Shown piece after piece: positions 38,261 to 48,006 of a DNA stretch of 64,000 nt (positions are counted from its first letter, which is position 1; every line of letters starts with the position of its first letter). This DNA is from Candidatus Binatia bacterium (GTDB lineage: Bacteria > Desulfobacterota > Binatia > Bin18), in NCBI GenBank assembly GCA_022824615.1, contig JAJDZM010000093.1, forward strand, positions 654-64,653. Direction: 5' to 3'. The position numbers and the translations under genes were made by a program. The notes under the pieces were generated by a model, which had not been told where the DNA came from, searched no databases, and saw only the letters and a list, made by a program, of their open reading frames with translations.

Positions 38261-40567
38261 TATTTCCGGGGGAACGAACGCGGTCACGGGCGGTGGGTCG
38301 TCCCGGTAGCGTTCGACCTGAACCAAAGTCGTGTGCGCACTGGGCCCCTGACCCAGCTTTGACGTGCCTTTGTCCAGAGTGAGCACATTGGGGTTGCCGT
38401 GTTTTTCCAATGACCCCGGCAATCCCGGTTCGAGCGGGTCATACCAGGCTCCGGTAGGAAGCTGGACCACGCTCGGTTGGATATTGGCGGTAATGCGCAC
38501 CCCGGCCAGACATTGCCCCCGGTCATTAAAGACCCGGACAAGATCGCCTTCACTGAGCCCACGCGCTTGGGCATCGACCGGATGGATCCATAGGGGTTCG
38601 CGTTCGGCGACTTTCGAACTGCGGCTGACCGACCCCTGGTCGAGTTGGCTGTGCAGGCGCCCGACCGGCTGATTGGAAATCAGATGGAGGGGGTAGGATA
38701 CGGCTTTCTCACTTCCCAGCCATTCGGCCGGTTCCATCCAGGTCGGGTGAGGTGGACAATCGTCGTAGTGATACGACGCAATCCGTTCTGACCAGAGCTC
38801 AATCCTCCCGGACGGCGTGTCTAACGGATGGGCATCGGGATCAGACCGAAAAGCGGACAGAAAAGGCCGGGGCTCAGATGGGGGTGGCAGTTCGAAATAA
38901 CCGTCCGTCCAAAACTGCTCAAAGTCAGGCAGAGTAAAACCATATTCCTTCGCCCGCTCGCGGGAGAGCGCATAGAGGTGGCGCAGCCAACCGGCTTCGT
39001 CCCGTCCTTCGGTAAACCCTTCCCGAAAGCCGAGGCGTTCGGCCAGGTCCGCAAAAATATCATGATCGTTCCGTGCCCCGCCGACCGGCTCCATCGCCTG
39101 TTTATTGGCCACGATAAAGCCGTCGCGGGGCGTGCAGACCATATCGTTGCGTTCGAGCGGGGTCGTTGCCGGGAGGATGATATCCGCGTGGCGCGCCATG
39201 GGCGTCCACCATGGCTCATGGACGATAATGGTTTCCGGCTTTTGCCAGGCCCGGAGCAGGCGGTTCAAGTCCTGATGGTGATGGAAGACGTTACCGCCGA
39301 CCCAGTAGATCAGGCGAATATCAGGATAGGTCGCGCGGCGTCCGTTATAGTCGAATTCCGTGTTCGGATTCAGCAACAGGTCGGCAATCCTGGCAACCGG
39401 GATGACATCGTCGACCGGGTGGACACAGCGGTCGAGTGTGGCCCAGGGAATGCGAGAGGACGGGTTTCCGACCGTAGCGACGGACGAGTAGCCATAGCCA
39501 AACCCTCCGCCCGGGAGTCCGACCTGTCCCAACATGGCGGCCAGGGTGATGGCCATCCAATAGCTCTGCTCGCCATGATCCGCCCGCTGGAGGGACCAGG
39601 CTATCGTGATCAGCGTGCGCTTGGCGGCCATCCGTCGGGCCAGCGTGGTAATCGTCTCAGCCTCCAGGCCGGTGATAGCGGCCGCCCAGTGCGCATCCTT
39701 GGGCTGCCCATCGTTTTCGCCCATGAGATACGGTCGAAATTTTTCAAAGCCGACACAGTGTCGCGTCAGGAATTCAAAATCGGCCAGCCCTTCTTTGACC
39801 AGAGTATGAGCCAGACCGAGCATCAGCGCCACGTCGGTATTGGGGCGCGGGGTCAGCCATTCGGCCCGCAGAAAGTCGGCCGCGTCGTTTTTCACCGGAC
39901 CGATGTTCAGGAATTCGACACCCGCCTGCCGACATGCCTCCAGGCCCTCTCGAGTTCGATGCCGGGCCACTCCGCCATAGGCCACCTGCGCGTTTTTGAG
40001 GGGCATTCCGCCAAATGCCACCACAAGCTCGGAATGTTGGGCAATCGTCTGCCACGAGGCCTGCTCGACCAGCAGACGAAAAAAATTCCCGGCAATATAG
40101 GGCATGGCCACATCGGCCGCGGCATGACTGTAGGTGTTGATGGAACGGACAAAGCCACCGAAGAGATTGAGGAAGCGATGCAGTTGTCCTTGGGGGAAAT
40201 GGAAGGAACCGGCACTGCCCCAGCCGTACGAGCCGGCATAAATCGTCCGGTTGCTGAATGTGCTCCGGATACGTTCGAGTTCAGCGGACACAAGATCAAG
40301 CGCCCGCTCCCAACTGAGCGCGACAAAAGGCTCGCCCCCACGAGTACCACCGCCCGGGCCGTTCCTGAGCCAGCCTTCCCGCACCATAGGTTGGCGGATG
40401 CGGAGCGCGTCATTGACCGCCTCGACATAGGAGCGCCCCAGAGGAGAGGGCTCCGGGTCCTCGGGCGTGGCATCCATGGCGACCAAACGACCCTTCATGA
40501 CCCGAGGCGCATAGCCGCCCCAGTGGAAGGCGGAACGTGGATTTACGGCGTTGTCAGCGATTTTCAT
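38237..40567 (-). CDS. molybdopterin S-/N-oxide reductase, BisC/TorA-like (no N-terminal Fe-S cluster)
   Basis: 776 aa. N-terminus ...HWGGYAPRVMKGRLVAMD...IRQPMVREGWL...FVALSWERALDLV...IYAGSYGWGSAGSFH aligns with biotin-sulfoxide / TMAO reductase family. Cys-cluster motif absent. Confidence 0.85.
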   Translation of the reverse strand: MKIADNAVNPRSAFHWGGYAPRVMKGRLVAMDATPEDPEPSPLGRSYVEAVNDALRIRQPMVREGWLRNGPGGGTRGGEPFVALSWERALDLVSAELERIRSTFSNRTIYAGSYGWGSAGSFHFPQGQLHRFLNLFGGFVRSINTYSHAAADVAMPYIAGNFFRLLVEQASWQTIAQHSELVVAFGGMPLKNAQVAYGGVARHRTREGLEACRQAGVEFLNIGPVKNDAADFLRAEWLTPRPNTDVALMLGLAHTLVKEGLADFEFLTRHCVGFEKFRPYLMGENDGQPKDAHWAAAITGLEAETITTLARRMAAKRTLITIAWSLQRADHGEQSYWMAITLAAMLGQVGLPGGGFGYGYSSVATVGNPSSRIPWATLDRCVHPVDDVIPVARIADLLLNPNTEFDYNGRRATYPDIRLIYWVGGNVFHHHQDLNRLLRAWQKPETIIVHEPWWTPMARHADIILPATTPLERNDMVCTPRDGFIVANKQAMEPVGGARNDHDIFADLAERLGFREGFTEGRDEAGWLRHLYALSRERAKEYGFTLPDFEQFWTDGYFELPPPSEPRPFLSAFRSDPDAHPLDTPSGRIELWSERIASYHYDDCPPHPTWMEPAEWLGSEKAVSYPLHLISNQPVGRLHSQLDQGSVSRSSKVAEREPLWIHPVDAQARGLSEGDLVRVFNDRGQCLAGVRITANIQPSVVQLPTGAWYDPLEPGLPGSLEKHGNPNVLTLDKGTSKLGQGPSAHTTLVQVERYRDDPPPVTAFVPPEIKRERVFQ

Positions 40568-40651
40568 GAGTCGGGACTTTCCTCTGAGACAGAAGCGCGA
40601 AGGGGCACGCGAGCGTACCCCCTGGGAAGATGACAGAGAACGAAGAGGCGC

Positions 40652-43063
40652 TTAGGCCCCACACGTTTGACTGGCAAAATCCTGAATCTTGGTCTTGAGA
40701 TTGGCATCACCAAGCCGTTTCAGCATTCTTTGAGCGCTGCTGACCGCCTTACAGGCTTGGTCCGCATTGCCGAGGGTGTCATTCAGCCGGGCCACTTCAA
40801 ACGTCCCACGAAACCACAGCGGGTCACCAACCTGGGTCCCCTTGAGCATGGCCTCCCACAGGGAAAGCGCCCGTTTATTATCCCCCCGCACCTCAGAAAC
40901 CTGGGCGAGTCCAACAATAGCGACCAGCGCATAGGCACCCTGCTTTTGCTCCAGGTCTTTATAGATAATTTCAGCCTTGTCGTATTGCTGGGTGTCGAGA
41001 TAGAGCTGAGCGAGATCATAGTGGAAGCGATCCGGGGACTGATCCTCCGCAAATTTGCCATCGTTCTTGAGCCAGGCTTCATGCAGGCGCGTCAGCGTCT
41101 GCTTGGCAATAAGTTCGTTGTCCTTATCATCCTGACGGCGGAGTTTACGGATGTCTTTTTCCAGCACGCCGGCCAGGCCGGCCAGGAGTTCCTCCTGTTT
41201 GTCGGCCTGATAACGCTCTAAAATCGTGTCCACGTCTCTGGCGAGTTCGGCATAGCGTCCGGTCTTCTGCAGGGCGACCAGCCGGGTCCGGGCAACGGTT
41301 TCAAACGCCTCGGGCTGCTTCGGATATTTCTCTTCAAAGCCTTCCAGAAAAGAAACGATCTGTTCGGCGTTGGCGTCCATGTCGTGGCTCAAATAGACCG
41401 CGTGCATCACGCTGACCTTGCCCGGATATTCGCGATAGGGGTCTCGCTTCACCAGTCTGGGACTGCTCTTGGCCAGTGTCGCGCTGTTCTTCCAGTAGGC
41501 GTCCAGGCTGGTACCAATCCGCTGGCGGAGTTCGTCTTCGCTCAGCCCACTACTGGTATCGCCGTCTTCAATCGCGTGCAGCACCTCGAAGTACGACTGG
41601 AGCGTGGCATAGTCGGCTCGCACCCGGAACGCCGGCGCGCCGCGTACCTTTTTATACGCATCGGCCGCTCTCAAATACTCCTCTTGCTCCTGGTAATACT
41701 CACCCAGCCGGAAGTGGGCTTCGTAGATGGACCGGTGCTTGGGGTATTTCCGCGCGAAGTCGCGAATCGCTTGTACATACAGCCTCCCGTTCTGCGCGCT
41801 TTGGTCCCGGGCGTATAACGACTCCGCCGACTTGAACTGAAAGTATTCCGCGTCAGCCGCGTGCTTGGTCTTTGCCCCCCCGTTGCTGAGAAAGGTGTCC
41901 AGGGTGTTGATGGCTTGTCGATAGCGACGTTGTTCATACAACCCAACGCCAAGATAGTATTGCGCGTCTGTCTGATACACCGCAGCGTTGGGGTCGTTTG
42001 AAGCAATGACTTCCTCAAGAAAAGGAACCGCCTTGGCAAAGCGTCGTTTCTGCATATGCTCCTTGGCCTTTAACCAGGGCGGAAACGGGTTTTCCTGCTC
42101 GGCGATGACGAGTTCTTCCTCGCGCGTCAGCTCTGCCTGTATCAACGCATCGGCGCGGTCCTGCCACTTGCCGCCGGCCTTGCGGAGTTCAAGAATCAAG
42201 GCCAGGAGTTGACCGCGCAACTGGCTGCGCTTCTTGCCGCTCGCATTTCGACTCTGCTTGGCAATATTTTTTGCCTGCTGGAATTGGGCTTGCGCCAACT
42301 CCGTCGGAGAAGGTTGGCCCTTCCCACCACGCTTGGCATAGCGCCGCGTCTGCTCCAGCGCCCTCTGGGCCTTTCGTTTCATATCGGCAGACACGCCGGG
42401 CTGTTTGAGCAGCAGTTCAAAATCCCGTATGGCCCAGTCAAACTTCTCAAGTTCGCGCTCGCTCAGCGCTCGGCCGAACAGGCTCTCGTTCTTGAGCCGT
42501 GAGGCCTGATCGCCAACCGCGAATTCACCAAAGCCGTTCATGGCTTTGGTCAGCAGGGTTTCCTTTTTCTTCCCATCGAACGTGAACGAGCCGATGTAGT
42601 TCAGCCAGTTCAAGAAATATAAGGCGCGCGCAGCCACCCCTTGTTCGGCGCGGTACTCCTGTGAATCCTGCACGGCCTCCAGGTCGCCATCCCGCGCAAT
42701 AACATCCTGCGTCATCTGGTCAACGCGCTTGAAACTACCGGTATAGATATCGTTGAGCGGACCCTGGAGCGTCTCGTAGATATCGCGAATGGCTTTTTTG
42801 CTCGCTGGGGTTTTAACTGCTTGGGCCAAATTGGGGAGCGCAACAAACTCCAGGGCAACCGGACCCAGGATTTGAATGGCTTGCAGCTTGGCCTGCGCAT
42901 CCCAACTCCCCTGTTTGAGCGCATTGGCCTTGCCCCGGGCCTGCTTCGCCTTGGTAGAGAGTTCAGCAATAGACGCCGCCTCGACCTCGGAATTCAGCCA
43001 GCCCAGGGTCAGGCTCAGAGAGATCATACCGACAATGGAAACCAGACGCCGCACGCTTAACAC
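40652..43063 (-). CDS. large secreted tetratricopeptide-repeat (TPR) protein
   Basis: 803 aa. Signal peptide. Many TPR-like Ala/Tyr/Leu-rich helical pairs. Last gene of the exbB-exbD-VWA-TPR co-directional set. Confidence 0.75.
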   Translation of the reverse strand: MLSVRRLVSIVGMISLSLTLGWLNSEVEAASIAELSTKAKQARGKANALKQGSWDAQAKLQAIQILGPVALEFVALPNLAQAVKTPASKKAIRDIYETLQGPLNDIYTGSFKRVDQMTQDVIARDGDLEAVQDSQEYRAEQGVAARALYFLNWLNYIGSFTFDGKKKETLLTKAMNGFGEFAVGDQASRLKNESLFGRALSERELEKFDWAIRDFELLLKQPGVSADMKRKAQRALEQTRRYAKRGGKGQPSPTELAQAQFQQAKNIAKQSRNASGKKRSQLRGQLLALILELRKAGGKWQDRADALIQAELTREEELVIAEQENPFPPWLKAKEHMQKRRFAKAVPFLEEVIASNDPNAAVYQTDAQYYLGVGLYEQRRYRQAINTLDTFLSNGGAKTKHAADAEYFQFKSAESLYARDQSAQNGRLYVQAIRDFARKYPKHRSIYEAHFRLGEYYQEQEEYLRAADAYKKVRGAPAFRVRADYATLQSYFEVLHAIEDGDTSSGLSEDELRQRIGTSLDAYWKNSATLAKSSPRLVKRDPYREYPGKVSVMHAVYLSHDMDANAEQIVSFLEGFEEKYPKQPEAFETVARTRLVALQKTGRYAELARDVDTILERYQADKQEELLAGLAGVLEKDIRKLRRQDDKDNELIAKQTLTRLHEAWLKNDGKFAEDQSPDRFHYDLAQLYLDTQQYDKAEIIYKDLEQKQGAYALVAIVGLAQVSEVRGDNKRALSLWEAMLKGTQVGDPLWFRGTFEVARLNDTLGNADQACKAVSSAQRMLKRLGDANLKTKIQDFASQTCGA

Positions 43064-43197
43064 TCCTTTTTTGACCCTGTCCCTTATGTTATGGCCTTGC
43101 GTTCAAAGCTCCCGCCGTTCATCCCCCCCTGCACGAAGAGAAGCGCTTGCCTACAGGGTTTTCTGGTATCACGCTCTATCAACCACCGGACTGCATT

Positions 43198-44439
43198 CTA
43201 CTCCAAGTCCCGTAAGTATCTTGCCATCTCCACTTCCCAGCGCGAACCAAAGGTCATAATAATGATGTTCCTGGTCAATGCCTTTTCCTCAGTCAGCGGG
43301 ATAAAGTCACCCCCGCCAGCCCGGGCCACAGACGCCATGGTATGCCGGAATTCGCGGTAGAAACTCGGCAACGGCGTTGGCTGAAAGGCGACATTCATAA
43401 TTTTTCCGGTCTGCTCCCAGAGCGCGTACTCAAAGTCCTCGTGCATCTTATCGGCCAGGTCCATCACGCTGACTACTCCACCGCGCGCCTGGAACCCTTG
43501 CGCCAAACCCAGCACGCTACCCATGCTTTCCGGATGGGGCGGTGAGCCGGCGGCGATAATGACCACCCGGCGTGAGCGTTTCCGCCAGCTCAAATCATTC
43601 ATGGCCGCGTCCATGCCTTCATACACCGCTTCCGGCCAGTCGCCGCCACCGTCAGAGTGCAGATTGGCCAAAAAGCCTTTGAGCTTGGGTGTGGAAAAAC
43701 TTAAGTCAACCCATTTTGTGACATATTCTTCGCCCCTGTCCCGATAGGCCACCACACCGATCCGGGAGGTCGGGACGAGCTTTCGCAATAACGTTACCAG
43801 CTTCGTCAAGCGGTCACGCACCGAATCGATCACAAACTGCATGCTGTCTGTGGCGTCAATCACCAGGGCGACATCAAGACCAACCTTGCGTAGCCCCCGT
43901 CCATAGTCTCCGAATCCTCCGCCCCCGCCGAGGTCCCCCGCGCCAACCAGACCGCTGAGCTGGGTGTCGATACCGGAAAAACTACTGTCAGCGCGCTGGA
44001 CCTCAATCGTCACTGGCCCGATACCCGAGAAGACGGGAATCGCCGCCCGTTGGATAGGGGCCTGGAGCGGACCGGTGGATGACGGACCGGTTGGGCGTGC
44101 CCTATTCGGCGCGAGATCCTCCATGGTCAGGATGCCGGGAATATCCTCGAGCGAGGGTTCACCTTCCCAATCGTCCGGCATCTCCTCTTCCGCCATGGCG
44201 TCCAGCTCTTCCTGTGTGAGCGGCAGGGCATTGACCCGAACCATTTCCGGCTCTTTCATGATGGTCACGGCCGTGGTGGCAAAGATGGACAAAATGAGAA
44301 TATGGGCCGCCGTCGAGAAGGCGAACCAGCGCGCATTTCGGCTAAATCCTCCACCCCGATACAGCCACATATCCTCTTGAATTTTCCGCTCGACTGACGT
44401 GCTCTCGGATGTGTTTGGGTTCTCTTCGGGCGAAGCCAT
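43198..44439 (-). CDS. membrane-anchored periplasmic von Willebrand factor A (VWA) domain protein
   Basis: One TM (WFAFSTAAHILILSIFATTAVTI). Acidic/Pro-rich linker. MIDAS DATDSM in VALVIDATDSMQF. Confidence 0.75.
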   Translation of the reverse strand: MASPEENPNTSESTSVERKIQEDMWLYRGGGFSRNARWFAFSTAAHILILSIFATTAVTIMKEPEMVRVNALPLTQEELDAMAEEEMPDDWEGEPSLEDIPGILTMEDLAPNRARPTGPSSTGPLQAPIQRAAIPVFSGIGPVTIEVQRADSSFSGIDTQLSGLVGAGDLGGGGGFGDYGRGLRKVGLDVALVIDATDSMQFVIDSVRDRLTKLVTLLRKLVPTSRIGVVAYRDRGEEYVTKWVDLSFSTPKLKGFLANLHSDGGGDWPEAVYEGMDAAMNDLSWRKRSRRVVIIAAGSPPHPESMGSVLGLAQGFQARGGVVSVMDLADKMHEDFEYALWEQTGKIMNVAFQPTPLPSFYREFRHTMASVARAGGGDFIPLTEEKALTRNIIIMTFGSRWEVEMARYLRDLE

Positions 44440-44474
44440 GACCTTCCCCTCCTTCAGTGATTGCGACGGACTCC

Positions 44475-44909
44475 TTAACCGGTCTGCCGGGCCGCAATCG
44501 CGACCTGAGCCGCTCCCGCTCGTTGGGCAATAGAGAGAATTTTGACCGCCTCTCCTAAAATGACGTCCTTATCCCCTTCGAGCACAACCGGGACATCCGG
44601 CTTGGCGGTGACTTGCTGCCGAATGGCCACCTCAAGATCGGCCATGGTCACCGGTCTGGCGTTCACAAAAATTTCCTTTTGGGGTGTCACCGTAATCACA
44701 ATCTGCCGTGGCTCCGATTCGGTTTCCTGTACCTCGGGCAGGTTAATCTCTGCGCCGGATTGAACCATCGCCACACTGGTTACCATAAAGATGATCAGTA
44801 GCACCAAAAAGATGTCGCACAAGGGAACGATATTGATCTCGGCCATAATATCGGATCCACTCCCGCTCTTCTTGCGTGGGTTAGTCATTCCCATGAGCTT
44901 TCCTTCCAA
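44475..44909 (-). CDS. exbD: biopolymer transport protein ExbD/TolR (second copy)
   Basis: EINIVPLCDIFLVLLIIFMV TM plus ExbD periplasmic domain. Alternative starts 44894 / 44888. Confidence 0.8.
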   Translation of the reverse strand: MEGKLMGMTNPRKKSGSGSDIMAEINIVPLCDIFLVLLIIFMVTSVAMVQSGAEINLPEVQETESEPRQIVITVTPQKEIFVNARPVTMADLEVAIRQQVTAKPDVPVVLEGDKDVILGEAVKILSIAQRAGAAQVAIAARQTG

Positions 44910-45525
44910 GGCGGACTGCTTCGAGTACGCGATCCGAACTGATCGTCATTGCTGCCTCGACCCGCTCAAGCTTGGTATGAAAATAGTTATAGAAGACCAC
45001 CGCAACGATCCCGACTGCGAGCCCAAGAGCCGTTGCAACCAGGGCCTCAGAAATACCACCAGCAACCACAGCAAAACCACCACTGCCCTCAACCGCCATA
45101 TTTGTGAAGGATTTGATAATCCCGATGACGGTACCGAGGAGTCCGATGAACGGGGCACTCACCCCCACCGTTCCCAGCACCCAGATGCTGCCTTTGAGCG
45201 CCTCGATCTCCTCGAAGCGCCGGTCCTCAATGATTTCAGACAAATATTCGAGCGATTCGCCCTCTTGTTGAGCAAGGACATCACGAAATATCCGGCCCGC
45301 CGGTTTGTCCGCCTGCTCCTCAGCGGAGGTCATAGCTCCTTGAAAATCACCCTTCTGTAAGACGCCAACCAGACCACCGGCAATCTGCAAGGTCCCACCG
45401 ATCAATCCGCGTAGGGCAACTATCCGTTCAAAAATGATGGTGATGACAACCATCGACATGATGATCAGGGGATAGGTGATATACCACCCCTGCTGGATCA
45501 TATCGAGAACACTTAAACCTTCCAT
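44881..45525 (-). CDS. exbB: MotA/TolQ/ExbB proton-channel protein (second copy)
   Basis: Three TM helices, conserved TolQ/ExbB C-terminal half (VGVSAPFIGLLGTVIGIIKSF). Confidence 0.8.
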   Translation of the reverse strand: MEGLSVLDMIQQGWYITYPLIIMSMVVITIIFERIVALRGLIGGTLQIAGGLVGVLQKGDFQGAMTSAEEQADKPAGRIFRDVLAQQEGESLEYLSEIIEDRRFEEIEALKGSIWVLGTVGVSAPFIGLLGTVIGIIKSFTNMAVEGSGGFAVVAGGISEALVATALGLAVGIVAVVFYNYFHTKLERVEAAMTISSDRVLEAVRLGRKAHGND

Positions 45526-45557
45526 TCTGAACCCTCCTCCTGTGTGTGCGTTTTTTC

Positions 45558-46160
45558 CTATACCGCTTCTCTCTCCGAAGAGGAGACGCGCATTGGTCCA
45601 TCTGCCTTCAATTCCCGACCGTTCTGTCCATCGATTGTGGCCAGGAATTCCTCAAGCCAATGAATTTCTCCTTCCAAGTACGTCAGTCCATGCGCAATAA
45701 TCTGGGCTTGCGGAAGTGTGACACCCTGCTCATTCCAGTAGGTTTGCTGCTCGGTGACCCAGGCCAGACGCCGGTGGGTCCACTCAAGTTGGCTCTGGAG
45801 TGCATCACGCAGTTCCGAGCCGTCAAGCAGATGACTAAAGGCAAGGGCGGCGTTCAAGGGGTCAAAGACTTTGGTTCGCTCTTTGGTGTCGAACAGTTGA
45901 CGCCGCAACTCGGCCCGCAAATAGTCGTGGCCGGCCGGCGTGATTTGGTAGACCTGCCGAGCCGGATAGTTGCCCTTTTGCTCGACCTTGGTCTTTTCCA
46001 CATAGCCGGCCTGTTCAAGCTGCCCGAGATTATAGTAGAGCGAGCCACCACTCAGGTTGATATACTTGGCGTACAGCCGGTGCTCGACCTCCTGCCGCAG
46101 TTCATAACCATGAAACGGCTTCTCGGATAACAGCCCTAAAATGACAAGTTGAACACTAAT
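45558..46160 (-). CDS. PadR-family transcriptional regulator; 5' end uncertain (no canonical start codon upstream of the HTH)
   Basis: Winged-helix PadR signature VILGLLSEKPFHGYELRQEVE...YYNLGQLEQAGYVEKTKVEQKGNYPARQVYQITPAGH is encoded upstream of the track start (a GTG at 46001). Frame is open back to a TAA at 46182-46184 with no ATG/GTG/TTG; ATT at 46160 or CTG at 46133 are the only candidates. Confidence 0.5.
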   Translation of the reverse strand: MSVQLVILGLLSEKPFHGYELRQEVEHRLYAKYINLSGGSLYYNLGQLEQAGYVEKTKVEQKGNYPARQVYQITPAGHDYLRAELRRQLFDTKERTKVFDPLNAALAFSHLLDGSELRDALQSQLEWTHRRLAWVTEQQTYWNEQGVTLPQAQIIAHGLTYLEGEIHWLEEFLATIDGQNGRELKADGPMRVSSSEREAV

Positions 46161-46292
46161 GTCACACCCCCATAAACTAGTTTATTCAGACTAATTAAAG
46201 AAAGTGGAAGGTCAAGTCAAGAGGTTTGTCATTCTTTTTTTCGACGATGAAAAGTTTTTATCCTTACAAAAGCCAAGCCAGACTCTTCATGG

Positions 46293-47033
46293 TCAATCAG
46301 CATCAATAATGCCCCGCCCCCGCAACAAGTTGAGAATAATATCCAGGCTGTGCTCTCGCAGGTGAATCTTGAGTTGATCGTAGAGGGTAAAATTGGCGAG
46401 GCGGAGAAAGGGTCGCCCGTGAACAAAGTCAATAATATTGATACAGCCGAAGTCCTGCTCGATATTAAAAATCCGTCCCTGCGTAACCCCTGTAGCATGA
46501 GCCAAAAAAGCGTTGTTCACGCCCCCGTGCGCAACAAGGAGAATGGTCTGCCAATCATCTTTGGCCAAGAGGGTCTGGAGGAGGTGCCCGGCACGGGCAT
46601 AGACCTGGCGGAAACTCTCTCCGCCCAGATAGGATTCATCCCAGTCAGAGTCCGTATTCTTAAAGAATGCCTGAATCTCCTTAAATATATCGGCCAGGCT
46701 TTTTTGGGCTAAGACCGTGTCACTCGGGATGATCTCGCTCAGTTCCGGCGCGACCTGAATGTCCAGCTCTTTTTCCTTGGCAATGACCTGGGCGGTGTCA
46801 TACGCCCGTTCAAGCGGGCTGGCGTAAATCGCATCAAGCGGCACCCCCCGAAAGAGCAAAGCGACCGCTGCGACCTGCTCCTGCCCCCGTTCGGTCAGGG
46901 CCCCATTACCCAGCGCCCCCTCGTTTGCCACACGTTGATACAGGGTTTCCCCATGGCGCATCAGGTAGATGCGGCGCCCGTCCATCAGCCGGCTGTCCAT
47001 GCTATTTCTTGGCGAACGGCTTGTCACGCTCAC
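46293..47033 (-). CDS. histidine phosphatase family (phosphoglycerate-mutase-like) protein with C-terminal extension
   Basis: RIYLMRHGETLYQ (RHG catalytic motif). Alternative starts 46999 / 46985. Confidence 0.7.
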   Translation of the reverse strand: MSVTSRSPRNSMDSRLMDGRRIYLMRHGETLYQRVANEGALGNGALTERGQEQVAAVALLFRGVPLDAIYASPLERAYDTAQVIAKEKELDIQVAPELSEIIPSDTVLAQKSLADIFKEIQAFFKNTDSDWDESYLGGESFRQVYARAGHLLQTLLAKDDWQTILLVAHGGVNNAFLAHATGVTQGRIFNIEQDFGCINIIDFVHGRPFLRLANFTLYDQLKIHLREHSLDIILNLLRGRGIIDAD

Positions 47034-47817
47034 GCAGGGCTTCTTTGAGACCGCGTTCCATCATTTTCTTGACCTCATTTTTGACTGTTACGGTCTGATG
47101 GGCGATTACGTCGAATTCCGTTGCCGACTGTTCAGCCGCATACAGACCCATGGCCTCAAAAAAGCGATTGGTCGCCGCCTTATGGAGCGTCAGCAGGTCA
47201 ACCGGCACCGCGGCAACACGACGGGCGTAACGCAGCACCTCGTCCTCCAACTCCTGTTTCGGATAGACGTGGTTAATCAGGCCATTTTCCAGCGCCTCAG
47301 CCGCGGTCATGGAATCCCCGGTAAAGAGAAACTCTTTGGTCTTGCGCATCCCCATCAGGTAGGGCCACATGGCCAGCGACGGGAGCACTCCAAGCGAGCG
47401 TCCGGCGGGGTGGCCGAACTGGGCATCGTCTGCTGCAAAGACCAAGTCACAATGCCCGACAAACTCCGTCGCTCCGGCCAAACAATAGCCGTGGACTTGG
47501 GCAATCGTCGGTTTTGGCAGGTTCCATAGACGCTGCCAGCGGGCAACGATCTTGCGCAATCCCCAGCGGTCACTGGTGACGGTAAAGCCTCCCCCCGGCC
47601 CCGAAACCGGCTGGAGATCGTAGCCCGCGCAGAAGGCCCGCCCGGCCCCACGAATGATCAGGACACTGGCATCATTGTCCGTTTCAAACTCCTCCAGGGC
47701 CGCGTCCAACTCGGACAAGAGTTGGCGACTCATGGCGTTCAGTTTCTCCGGACGATTCAGCGTCATGCGGACAATCTTGTCTTCCACCTGCTCGTAGATA
47801 ATGGCCTCATATCCCAT
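47002..47817 (-). CDS. enoyl-CoA hydratase/isomerase family protein
   Basis: Crotonase fold signature LNRPEKLNAMS...VLIIRGAGRAFCAGYDL. Confidence 0.85.
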   Translation of the reverse strand: MGYEAIIYEQVEDKIVRMTLNRPEKLNAMSRQLLSELDAALEEFETDNDASVLIIRGAGRAFCAGYDLQPVSGPGGGFTVTSDRWGLRKIVARWQRLWNLPKPTIAQVHGYCLAGATEFVGHCDLVFAADDAQFGHPAGRSLGVLPSLAMWPYLMGMRKTKEFLFTGDSMTAAEALENGLINHVYPKQELEDEVLRYARRVAAVPVDLLTLHKAATNRFFEAMGLYAAEQSATEFDVIAHQTVTVKNEVKKMMERGLKEALRERDKPFAKK

Positions 47818-48006
47818 CGTGGAGTCTCCTTTTCCTGCTGGCAGGGAGAATAGAAGGTCTGGCTTACCACAGGCGACCGCGAGTGCATAGAGAGAAACGG
47901 CAGGCCATCCTCACACTCCCGCAAGCGTCCTTGTCCCGTATTCTTCTTCTGCGTACAGTTGCGGGGAAAGAGGCGAGCGCATGTTGTTCTACAGCCGGAG
48001 GTTCTT

